From a virus (lineage: Duplodnaviria; Caudoviricetes): a stretch of 64,000 nucleotides of DNA. Of this stretch, positions 41,536 through 51,864 are shown piece after piece. Positions within the stretch are counted from its first letter, which is position 1. Every line of letters begins with the position of its first letter. The stretch spans positions 2,837-66,836 of the IMG/VR virus record IMGVR_UViG_3300021426_000092; one strand, written 5' to 3'. Below the pieces are notes generated by a model. The model was not told the DNA's origin and did no database searches. It worked only from the letters and a program-made list of their open reading frames with translations. The translations under genes were made by a program, and so were the position numbers.

Positions 41536-41844
41536 TTGCCGTACCCTGCCGTACCTAACACAGCCCCAACTAACCATGCCACATAATCCTTGCCCTGCCT
41601 GACCTTACCCTACCGTACCGTGCCGGGCCCAATAATCCTTGCCTTGCCAGACCAAACCTTGCCATACCTAACCCGGCCTTATAATCCTTACCTTTCCCGA
41701 CCTAACCATGCCAGGTCGAACCGAACCCTGCCGTATAATCCCGACCGCACCATGCCTAACCGTGCCCCACCATACCATGCCGCATAATCCTTACCAAACC
41801 TTGCCTCGCCGGGCCTTGCCATGCCATGCCTTTCCGTATAATCC
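41536..41844 (-). repeat. GGY-NN pentamer array: six units headed by GGATTAT (54, 49, 54, 49, 49, 54 nt); candidate guide-RNA array
   Basis: Direct reading: GGATTAT starts at 41844, 41790, 41741, 41687, 41638 and 41589, each followed by NN and 8-9 (GGC/GGT)-NN repeats. Confidence 0.92.
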
Positions 41845-41847
41845 GCG

Positions 41848-42429
41848 TCAGGCAACTTCCTCGATTTTCACGTTGAACCGGCCATAGCCCATCGTCCTCA
41901 TTTCGCAGAGTCCGACGTAAGCTCCCGCATTTTCAAAGGCAATAACGATCGCCCCGATGTCGATCTTGTCTTCCTCGTAAAGCATATCGAAATTGCAGCT
42001 CCAGGTATTGAAACGGGGGCGAGTCCTGATGACTCTCGCCATCTTAACCACGACGCTGCGTACATCGCGGAAGCGAGGATCTGTCTTCATCTTGTCATAG
42101 TCCTGCACCTCGCCGATGTCCAGAGGGGCCATAGGATCGACGATGTGGCAGTAGCGAGCCGCCGCTGCGCCGTTCTTGTTGAACTTGGCGCCTTCTTTCA
42201 GAGTCGCCGCCAAACATTCGTTCGGGATGTTGAGGCCGATAGAGTCGTCCCAGTACACGCCGGATTCCCATTCGAGATCTGAAATGGCGATCAGATCGTC
42301 CTCCGTCTTCTTTCGCTTGCTTGTGTAGCCTTTCAGCTTGATAGCGATGGGATGGAGCGGATTTACGCACTTGGGAGAGTGCATAACCAGCGGGGACGTA
42401 CCGTACAGGGTGATGTTGAGCTTCTTCAT
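41848..42429 (-). CDS. Stand-alone RAMP/Cas7-like RRM protein (Vipr-like) immediately upstream of the GGY-NN array
   Basis: ITLYGTSPLVMH (RAMP beta1-SPL), IPNECLAATLK (cf. IPGSSLKG) and terminal Gly-rich loop VGLCEMRTMGYGRF. Stop codon is 3 nt from the first array unit. Confidence 0.8.
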   Translation of the reverse strand: MKKLNITLYGTSPLVMHSPKCVNPLHPIAIKLKGYTSKRKKTEDDLIAISDLEWESGVYWDDSIGLNIPNECLAATLKEGAKFNKNGAAAARYCHIVDPMAPLDIGEVQDYDKMKTDPRFRDVRSVVVKMARVIRTRPRFNTWSCNFDMLYEEDKIDIGAIVIAFENAGAYVGLCEMRTMGYGRFNVKIEEVA

Positions 42430-42846
42430 TTTCTTTTTCTCCTTTCAATTTTCATAACCAGCCCTGCCAACCTTGGCGAGCCGGGTGATTTCATCGCGGT
42501 TTCTGTTGAACAGCTCCCACATATCGTCGAGCCTGTCGTTGACGATCGCGTACAGCTGCATCCATGCAGTCGTTCCGTCGATTTCCTTGCAGTTGCAATG
42601 CAGGGCGAGGATCAGATCGTCGAATGTGATCGGATCAAGGAGATTGTCCGTCGTGAACAGATCCTCTCCGATCTTCCATGATCTCTCCATCGTTTACACC
42701 TCCGGATCTCGCTTGTAGAAAACGATGAACGACTTTCCGAGGCGGTCATCTGTCGTGATCTCGACAAAGCCGCGGACCTTCTTGGCGAAGGTATCTGCTT
42801 CGATTCTGCTGTTGAAAACCTTCGACTTCATTTCGTTGTCTCCTTC

Positions 42847-42875
42847 TTGATTTTCTCCTGCCTCTGTGCTATCAT
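42847..42875 (+). promoter_or_regulatory. Antisense sigma70 promoter facing the small leader ORF
   Basis: TTGATT-N17-TATCAT with extended -10 TG. Confidence 0.55.
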
Positions 42876-42932
42876 GGGTTCACTCGCTGGAGGAGCGAGG
42901 CAGGTCGCCCCTCCTTTGAGCTTTTTGTGGGG

Positions 42933-43100
42933 TCAGGCCCTGGTGCTTGCAGGGCCTGATTTTTTCATGCCCCCACGAGATTTGCCGGAATAAACTGCTG
43001 GATCATGTGCGAGATATGCTATACATTCAAGGATCTCATCGGCCGTATGTCCTTTGGCTTTCAGCCAATCGGACAAGTCGGCCATTTCTTTTACGGTCAT
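42933..43100 (-). CDS. Small leader protein (paralogue of 51700-51864)
   Basis: MTVKEMADLSDWLKAKGHTADEILECIAYL; RBS present. Confidence 0.6.
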   Translation of the reverse strand: MTVKEMADLSDWLKAKGHTADEILECIAYLAHDPAVYSGKSRGGMKKSGPASTRA

Positions 43101-43170
43101 AGGATTTTCACCCATTTCTTCTGCTACACCTCCTGCCCGATGCGATTTGTAGGTTTTTACCTACAATCTT

Positions 43171-43198
43171 ATCTTACATTACCGACTGGTAATGTCAA
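43171..43198 (-). promoter_or_regulatory. Operator-containing promoter upstream of the RAMP-array unit
   Basis: Minus strand TTGACA-N16-TAAGAT with CATTACC-AGTC-GGTAATG (43177-43194) between the hexamers. Confidence 0.8.
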
Positions 43199-46100
43199 GA
43201 GAAAAATAAAGATTTTTCTATATTTTTTTCTCCTACATCTCCTTGCCCGTTACCATCCGGACGCCTTTTGGATTTCAAGACAAGCTCTTTCGAGGCCGTG
43301 CTTGAGCCTTGCATCCGCTTTTACTTCTTCCCAATCGAATCCGAGAGCATCGAGTGTATCACCTACTGATCCCGTGTATCCGTATTCATGGTTCTTGAGT
43401 TCGTACAGGAACATCTGGTAGATGAATCCGTCGCCGGTGCTGTCAGATGCGAGGGCATCCTTCCACTCTTCTTCGATCTGCGCCAGCTGCTTTTTGATAA
43501 GCTCCACATCTGTTACGAGCATGAAGCTCCCGGCCGGACCACCGCACACCTTATCCCGATCTTTATCGGGATCGAGCCCCATCTTCTGCATCTCTTCCAC
43601 AAACTGCTGGCGGCCAAACGCCCAGTGCAGCGGCATGTTATCCACGATCTCCTTACGGCGGCGATTGTGCTCTTCGTATTCAGTCATGTCTTTTATCCTC
43701 CATAGCTTTCAGTTTCTTTTTCCATTTCCTTTGCTTTTCTAGTTTTTTTGCCTGCCGTAAGATCTGGTCCTGATGCTCGCAGTGTTCACCGCGGTCGATC
43801 AGAAAATTATATTCTTTGCAGTACCAGATAAACGGACATTCTATCGAGACGCAGGTATTCATCGCATTCTCCTTAATCTATATTCAGGAACACCAGTACC
43901 TCTTCTACAGTCCATCCGTAGAATTTTGAGTAGTTCGGCTTTTCTGCTATAAAATCCGGCAGTTCATACGGACTGATATTTTTCTTCCAGGCTGATCGCT
44001 CTTTCTCGGCCTCTTCAATGTCTGGGTACAGTTTCGATTTCCGCATATCAGTACCAAATCATGTTGATCCCGCCGAGCTTTTTCACCCTTTCGAAGATCT
44101 TATCGAGGAGCCCGGGCGTCTGCTGATCCACTTCCCCATTCCACTCACGAATAAGGAGCGCGAGGTCCAAGTCTTTTTCCGGCACGGCATAATCGCATGC
44201 GAAGTTGTAGATCTTCTCTCCGGTCCATTCCGTCAAAACCGGCTTGAGTCCATCTACCATTGCTTTTCTGTCTTCACCGTACCAGTTGATACTGCCGAGG
44301 AATACCCGGCCGTTCATATCGCGGAGCGCTTCGATCTGCTTACGGTTCAAATCGTTGTAGGTATCGTCACACTCCCGAAGCGCAAGGACTCCGCCAGAGG
44401 CCCGAATATAGCCTTCCTGCTGCTTCGAATAGAAGGCCAGCCGGATGGCTCCGGAAAGTCTTTTCTCATCATCCAGGCCCCGTAGATCAATTCTGCCGTT
44501 ATTGGCGAAGCACGGGCTGTATCTGCCGTTCACATCCGTATTCTGAATGCAGAGAAGATACGGCGCATAGTCTTCAGAGCGCGGGCATCCGGGCGGAATC
44601 CATTCGGCTTCGAGCTTTCTGTTGTACTCCTCGTTCTCCTTGGTATAGATCAGCACGGTATTCGGATCGCCATCCGCATGATAATCCGGGAGATAGGCAA
44701 CAAGCCCAAGTTCATCACAGGTCTTCCGAATCGCCTTCATATATCTCCGGTACTCTGCCCTGTGTTCGTCGTAAGTCGGTTTCCGTTTTGCTCCCATCTT
44801 TTCCTCCTTTCAGTACAGGACGATCTTGCTGAATACCGGGGCCTCTTTCTCCTCATCATAGACATGGATCATCAGTTCGCCCGTCCCTTCGTCAAAATCG
44901 AGCGCGGCGATGGTGTGACGGTAGCCGTCTGCTCTGGTCATATTGAGGTTCAAGGACTCCCAGGCAGCGTCGTCCTCGATCATTCGGCCTGCTGTCTGCT
45001 CCAGTTCGATCTGGCTGCCGTTCGGCATCTCCATAGCAATTGCTTTACAGAATTTCATTTCACAGTCTCCTTTACCATTTTTTCTTCCCGGGCATCGTCT
45101 TCACGATCACTTCCAGGCAGTTGTCTCCCGGAGTAATTCTCTCGACAATGGCATCTTTATACTTGTCAAGCCGCCACTCATGACCGCGGCTGAAGTCGAT
45201 TTCTTCAAAGTTTCCCGTCCCTGACTCGACCATCCACCACCAGTCGGTGTTCAGGAGCGGACGGATCTCACCGAATTTCATGTCACGCCTCCATGTATTC
45301 GTATTCTTCGCCGTCTACGAACACCCAGGCTCGAATCGCCTGCCCGTATACGACTTCCTGCTCCATCGCGACGCATACGTCGTCGATATCAACTCCTGCT
45401 CTGGCCTTCCGGTTACGAATGGTTCCACAGGCATCTTCCGTTCTGAGAATCACTTCCGGCATTTATTTCGCCTCCTTTACCATAAGATCGTAGAGCTTCG
45501 CTTTCAACTCCATGATGGTCAAATCGCGGTCATACACCTCCGACTCCAGACGCTCAACCTTGTTTTCAGCGTCGATCCTTCGGCTGACTTCTTCAAGCCT
45601 ATTTTTGTGCTCCGTCTTCATTTCATCGCACAGGTGCTTGTTCAGCCGGTCGAGCGTATCGCAGCTCTCTTTCGCCTCTTTCAGAAGCTTATACTGCGGG
45701 TTCGAATGCTCATTCCAGAACCGCACCGCATCCTCCCAGTTCCAGATCGAGAACGCGACCATGTAAAACTCGTCTCGAAATCCTTTTTTGCCTGTACTCC
45801 AACCGTTCTCGTCAAGCCCGATATCATTGGCAAGGCTTGCAAGATCCTCCACCGGAGCGTGACCGAAAATGTCCTGTGCTCGGCAGATATCCTCCTGCTT
45901 GGTGCTTAGTCCGTGATTCCGGACTTCGATCAGCAGATTCTTCGGGGTGCTGATCTTATCGTAGATAGATGCCATTTACTGCTCCTCCTTCAATTCAACT
46001 CCAGCGGCGATCAGCCACTTCGTCATGTCTACATCTTCGAATGTGAGCGGTGTCATGCAGTGCTTACTGACATGGCTCCCGGTTCTAACAATGATCGGCT

Positions 46101-46465
46101 TGAACGCCTTCTTCGTATTGCTGTCATAAAATGCGATAACCACTTCCTGATCCGGTCCGATCAATGGCGCGTTCGCCCAGTCGATCATCTTCTTGTAGTC
46201 CGAGTACCCGAAGTCTGCGCTGAGGAAAGTCCCGAAAGAGCTGGTCGTGATCCGCTTCCGATCCCGATACACCCTGAGCTCCGCTTCGATGTAATACGGT
46301 TCTCCATCGGAAAACTTTCCGGCGTCAATCCGGACGTTGCAGCCTTTCAATCCGTACTCGTCTGCTTTTGCCAGATCGAAATAGAGCACCGGGTACTTAC
46401 CGAAATTTACTGCCATTGCCATCTCGTGGCGATCATTCAAGATCTTCATCAACAAGTCCCCTTTC

Positions 46466-46481
46466 ATTGCCAGTTGGTAAT
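46466..46481. promoter_or_regulatory. Degenerate operator downstream of a TTGACA-N17-TATAGT promoter
   Basis: ATTGCCAGTTGGTAAT. Confidence 0.65.
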
Positions 46482-46643
46482 TATCTTGTTGACTTTACTA
46501 TAGCTTTTTGCAGCCATTTTGTCAATGAATTTTAAACTTTTTACAAATGTTTTTTTCTTACGTCTTCGTTTACGGTCAGCTTTCAGATTCGTCATGGCCG
46601 ATTTTGGCAAAAATAAACCGCCGGGTTTAACCCAGCGGTTTTC

Positions 46644-47129
46644 TCATTTGCTCTTTTCGAGCTCTGTTCCGTATTTCTCGATGAACGCCAGTGCAACCGA
46701 TCCGGTCGTTGCCTTGATCTTCGGGCGTTTCCCCTTTTCGTAGTAAACGATGAAGTATCTGCCTTCGTGATCGATATACAGCTCCTGCGCCTTTCCTTCG
46801 CTATCGTACTCATTCTCGCCGTCAGCGAAGAACGTGTTGGACAGCGCGTAGGATGTCGCCGTGTTGTATCGAATGTGATCGGACACCCCTATGGCGTCTT
46901 CGCCATGGCCTTGAATATACGGGAAAATCTGTTCCCCCGTCTTCTTGTTCACAAGAACAACCGACACGCCGTTTGCTTCAAGCAAGTTGATGAACTCAGT
47001 AGCCCGGATCGAATCCCGTGTGAGCTTTGCGTTGATCTTGCTTTTGGTCCAGCCGACGTTGCTTGCGGCTTCGTTGTATGTCAGATGCATTTCATCGAGA
47101 GCAGCATCCAAATATCCTCTGCTATTCAT
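46644..47129 (-). CDS. Putative HTH-domain protein
   Basis: LTYNEAASNVGWTKSKINAKL...EFINLLEANG, XRE-like N-terminus. Confidence 0.45.
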   Translation of the reverse strand: MNSRGYLDAALDEMHLTYNEAASNVGWTKSKINAKLTRDSIRATEFINLLEANGVSVVLVNKKTGEQIFPYIQGHGEDAIGVSDHIRYNTATSYALSNTFFADGENEYDSEGKAQELYIDHEGRYFIVYYEKGKRPKIKATTGSVALAFIEKYGTELEKSK

Positions 47130-48991
47130 TTGCTTCCCCCTTTCATCAGGATTTGACTATACACTACACCAAAACGGCGATTTTATCAAGGCCAAATCGT
47201 GATAATCATTACATTTTGCACTGCAATATTTCCATTTCAGCGGCAATCAGTACAGCGGATTGTACTTTTCCGGCTGCCAGTTGTTTTTTGCCAGCCGAAA
47301 CGCATTCAGGAGATCATGTACCGATCCATACTCTGGGTCGAGGTCCGTCTGTTCGAAATCCATGTCATCGTAGAAGTAGCACCAGCAATGATCGTCAGAG
47401 CAGATCTCGCCCGGGAATTCATGCGGCAGCCCGACCTGTTCAGGGATGAAGTAAATGCCTTCATCTGCGCATCCGCGGATCTCGGCAATCTCTTCTTCGG
47501 TCAGCGTTCCGCTCAGTACGACCGCATGGTGCGTCTTATAGTTCGACGCATCGCGATAGCCATAGAAAAAGATCGTGTTCATTTTTTCTCCTCCTCTTCT
47601 TCGTGGTGGAAGGTGTAGCTCAAAACCGTTTCGAGCTTCAAGCCAAATTGGATCAGCATCCGTCGCGCTTGCGAAAGCGAGAATGCTGGAACGATCGTAT
47701 GAGTTCCGTCGCTATGTTCAACTATGCAGTATCTTTTCATTTCTCCTCCTCCAAAAGATATGAGTGGGCAAGTCCAGCCCCGCATCGTGGACAATGTGTT
47801 GAGGCGATTCCGTTAAACATGCTGAGTGACCAAGGATGCACCCATCGATGGCATTCAACGCACCACCATTCGAACCCATCGTTCCATTCCGAGTACCGCG
47901 TCTTTGCATTTCCGTACTTGGAAATCGAAAACACGGCCTTTTTCGCATCTTCTATCTCTTTCTTTCTCTTATTCTCCGCTTCTTCGCGCTCTTTCCGCTC
48001 TTGGTCGATTCGCCACCAGCGAAGCTCTTGCTCGGAATAGTCGCGTCGTTGGCTATACATCCCTTGGTAGATTTCCTCGTCGCCATTCCACGACGCGCAA
48101 GGAGGCTCTATCGGAACGCCTCCACCTCCGGATGTCCATCCTCCCGGACAATCTTCTCCGAAAAGAGGGCAACCATCGCAGTCTTCAATGTCAGCCGCTT
48201 TCACGACCAACTCAGGATCGGTCATCTTTCTATTTCCCCTCCGCAGAACTTGCAATAGCATTTCCGAAGCCCTTCGTAATTGTGCAGCTTCATTCCGCAA
48301 TATGGACAGATCTCCTCTCCGCGAATCATTTTCATTCGGCGAGAATCTGATTTCCTATCTTTCTGTATTTCTTCCATGTCTTCTGGAAGCACATACCGTT
48401 TGGCGTTGTTTGCGAAGTACACAACGCCTACTTTCGGAACGTAGGTGTTCTGTTTGAAAATGTACCCTCCGGAAGTCCAGGAGTCGTCATAATAGTCTGT
48501 CCCGAGGTCTGCTTCGCAGGTAAGAATCTTCCAGCCGACGAAGAATCCGGTGAACTCGAATTCCATTCTCTTGAAATACGTCTTGTGGACAGTTTCTCCT
48601 TCGCAGGAGCTGAGATCAACGAGCTCAACTTCTTTCCCGTTTTCATCGCAGCCCATTCCACTGATGTGCTGAGTCCCGTCAAGCTTTCCGGTTGAGATTG
48701 GGTCTCCGTTTCCGTCGAAGACTTGAATCCGTACGCCGTCATGTACCGGCTTCATATATGCCCGGCATTTCACACTTGAAAACAGTTCCATCACATCCAC
48801 ACCGGTTCGCTCACAACCACTCGCCGGCCGTTATTCGTAGTACCAAGCCAGACGAATTCGCAATTCCTGTTCCGCAGGAATATGACCCGCACTTTCTCCC
48901 GAAGCGTCAGTCTGCCAAAGTGGCCGGTTTTCCCGAATCTTCTGCTCCAGACAAGAGCCCAATACATTCTCTCTTTCTCCATGCATGTCTC

Positions 48992-49540
48992 CTATTCTAA
49001 CGATTCAACGTAACACCAGCTTTGTGGCGGGTGTATGATTGTGCCACCACATCCATAGTTTTCAACGAGCCTTTTACACTGGAGGCAAAGCGGTATGCCG
49101 TCGAGCTCTTGATTGCATGGTTTCATGAACTCGCTCACGTTCATAGGCTGATCGTAGATCACCAGATCGGAAATGTGCCAGCCGTAGCCATTTCTGAAAT
49201 TGAGATATGACGACATTTCTTCATACCGTAGCCTGGTCTCTTTTTCTGATTCGTAGTCATATCCTTCCTCCGTGAGCTGAATTGGGAAAATGCGATCACA
49301 CACAAACTCGCCGATAACGTGCCCTTTTTTGTAGGACATTTTGCTGCGGTTCCACGAGGCCACGTCTCCGCGGCATGCTTCTTCAAAAAACTCTTTGCTT
49401 CCCGACAACGTGCAGTAGATATAGCACTTGAACGGCGTATCGAGATTCGGGCGCGTCTTTCGTATCTCAACCGTTTTCTTTTTTGCCGCGATTAGTTCAA
49501 CCCATTTCGGCTGTATGGATATCATGACCGCTTTTTTCAT
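48992..49540 (-). CDS. ASCH-domain protein
   Basis: VMISIQPKWVELI...KKTVEIRK...CYIYCT...VIGEFVC...PPQSWCYV. Confidence 0.85.
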   Translation of the reverse strand: MKKAVMISIQPKWVELIAAKKKTVEIRKTRPNLDTPFKCYIYCTLSGSKEFFEEACRGDVASWNRSKMSYKKGHVIGEFVCDRIFPIQLTEEGYDYESEKETRLRYEEMSSYLNFRNGYGWHISDLVIYDQPMNVSEFMKPCNQELDGIPLCLQCKRLVENYGCGGTIIHPPQSWCYVESLE

Positions 49541-51600
49541 TTCTTCCGCTCCCGTTTCTGCTTCAGCAGACACTCATCACAATCCTTGAAGTGGGCGAAA
49601 CTCATCGGAATGCCGAGAAGATCTCCCTTTGCCTTTCGCTCCATCAGGTCCTTCGTAAGCTGTGCGCGGAAGCAATCTTTCGGGCAGTAGCTTTTTCGGT
49701 AGTCCATACAGTGCGTAAAATCGTGGTTCATGCTGCCTCCTTATTCAAACTCCCTGACGTATACCGCAGCATCATTGATGTTCGCGAGCTGCCAGGCAAT
49801 CAGTTCCGCCTGTTCTTCCGTGTCGGCCTCAACTTCGATGACAAGGCCGAATTCAACCAGATATTTCATCTTTCTCCTCCGTTTTTCTTTTGAAGCACCC
49901 GCATCCTCTTTCAGGATACGGCGGGCAATCTGCGCAATACTCGCTGTCTCCGTTGAAGCAGACGCCGAACCAGTCATAGTACCATTTGCAGATGTAACAG
50001 TTCTTCTCTTCCATCTATTCCTCCGGTAATTCGATCAACGGTCTTTTGATAATTGCCGGATTCAGTTCATGGATCTGCCCCCATGCGTTCTCGCAAAAGA
50101 ACCTCTGATACTGTTCGTTCCATGTCCAGACGGTAACGTACAGGTCTCCGTGATCGCTCACCCATCTTCGTGTGTTCTGGATATACGCAGCAGCAGTATC
50201 GGAGCATCCAAAGTATCCGTATCTCCGGCCGTCTACAAGATCGCCGTCGAGCAGAGCCCGTGATTTCATTTCGGTCCAGCAGTTGATCGCGGCAGCGCTT
50301 GCATGAAGGTCCATCCTGCTTGTAGGGTAAGCAGCCCGAACAGCGGATATCTTCCTCGTCAAATCATCGTAGTATTCAGCTGGCAATATCCGCATTGTCA
50401 TCCCTCCATGAGCTTTCGAGCCATTCCGCGATCTTATTATTGATAGCTTCCCATCCGGCAGCTACGATGCTGTCCGTGAAATGATGGTCGATCTCGATCA
50501 TGGAGCGGAGATTGGAAACGATTTCTTTCGTTGCGCGGATGCCGCGCTCTTCAAGGGCTTCTTCCAGATCCCTGTCACTCCATTTGACTTCTCCGAAGTA
50601 TTTGTCAGGCATCTTTCTCCTCCAGTTCGTCAAGCAGCGCTTTGATGTCCGCCATGGTTACATCCATGTGATTGCGGAGCTCCTTCATCTTCTCGCTTTC
50701 CCGAGCGAGGATTTCCTTGTACGGATTCTCTTTCACGGATTCTTCCCATCCGTTGATAAACGCCCGGACATCCTGGACTCTATCGAATGCGATCTCGTCA
50801 TGGTATCCGGTTCTCGCCGAGAAAACCACGTACTTGTGCTTTCGGCGCTTGTCATCGATCGATATGCCGAAGTAGAGTTCGTCACGCTTGCTGTAGTCAA
50901 GCGGTTCGAATCGCACATCGTCGTATAACGGGCCTACGCACGGGCAGTTGTTCTTAAACCAGACGTAGTAGTTATCCAGCACATAGTCGCTCGTGATGCC
51001 TTTGAGGATCGTCCAGATCTTCTTCAGTCTCCCGGCCAGTGCGCTTTCATCGCAGAACCAATCATACCAGCCGGCCTCGCACTGCACCGAACAATCCTTC
51101 GCCAGAAAATCTCCGTTCCGATATCTCTCGCAGAAGCACCTGAGAGTCATGTTCTCTTCCATTTCTACACTCCCTTAAAATGCGCGAAGCAGGCCACCGG
51201 CCGGCGTCTGCTTTACTGCGATGCTGCCCATCTCAGAGCAGTCAGGCATATCCCAGTTGATCGTGTAGGTCATCACGATCCCGTCGTCGATGTCCTCTCT
51301 GTCCATCGACCATTCTTCTTCGTAGTCGCTGACGAACAGGAGCGAATCCATCTTCCCGAAGGTCGTGAAAGAACGAACGACCATATAGACCAGCGCATTG
51401 TGCGCCTCTTCGAACTTTCTGACCTCCGCTTCCAGCTCTGGCTCCATCGTATACACGGCCCCGATCGGAGGCTCCGTTACCAGAACCAGATCATGCTTCC
51501 GGAAGCTCTTGATCGCTTCGTTCCAAATGCGGAGTTTCTTCATCCGCATCATGGCTTCGATCTTCTTGACATCTCTTTCTACTTGCATAGTCGCCTCCTA

Positions 51601-51629
51601 TTGCTTTTCGCCTGCCATTATGCTACAAT
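51601..51629 (+). promoter_or_regulatory. Antisense sigma70 promoter facing the second small leader ORF
   Basis: TTGCTT-N17-TACAAT with extended -10 TG. Confidence 0.55.
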
Positions 51630-51699
51630 CAGGAGCGAGGCTGGCAGGAATTGCCCCGCTCCCTTTTCGGTTTGCGGAGGGTGATAGCCTCCGATCAGG

Positions 51700-51864
51700 T
51701 CACGGTGCTGTCGTGGCCTGATCTTTTTCTTTGCCCTCCACCGTTACGAGGTAAGTGCTGTCACCGGTATGTATGAATTGCGTACATTGCAGAATCTCTT
51801 CTGCCGGGATGCCTCTTGCAGCCAGCCATTTCTCCAGCCGCGGGAAGAAGTCCAAGTTGTTCAT
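51700..51864 (-). CDS. Small leader protein (paralogue of 42933-43100)
   Basis: MNNLDFFPRLEKWLAARGIPAEEILQCTQFI. Confidence 0.55.
   Translation of the reverse strand: MNNLDFFPRLEKWLAARGIPAEEILQCTQFIHTGDSTYLVTVEGKEKDQATTAP

Noticed and set aside
41590-41787. Plus-strand 65-aa ORF and the 19-aa N-terminal extension of ORF 41031-41582
   Set aside because: Both are translations of the repeat array (low-complexity P/T/L/R pattern). The RBS supports a start at 41525.
41536-41844. CRISPR array or TIGR array
   Set aside because: There are no 25-45 nt identical repeats with contiguous spacers, and units are 49/54 nt with 5-nt periodicity rather than ~36-nt dual-spacer units. The adjacent protein looks RAMP-like, and I see no Nop domain.
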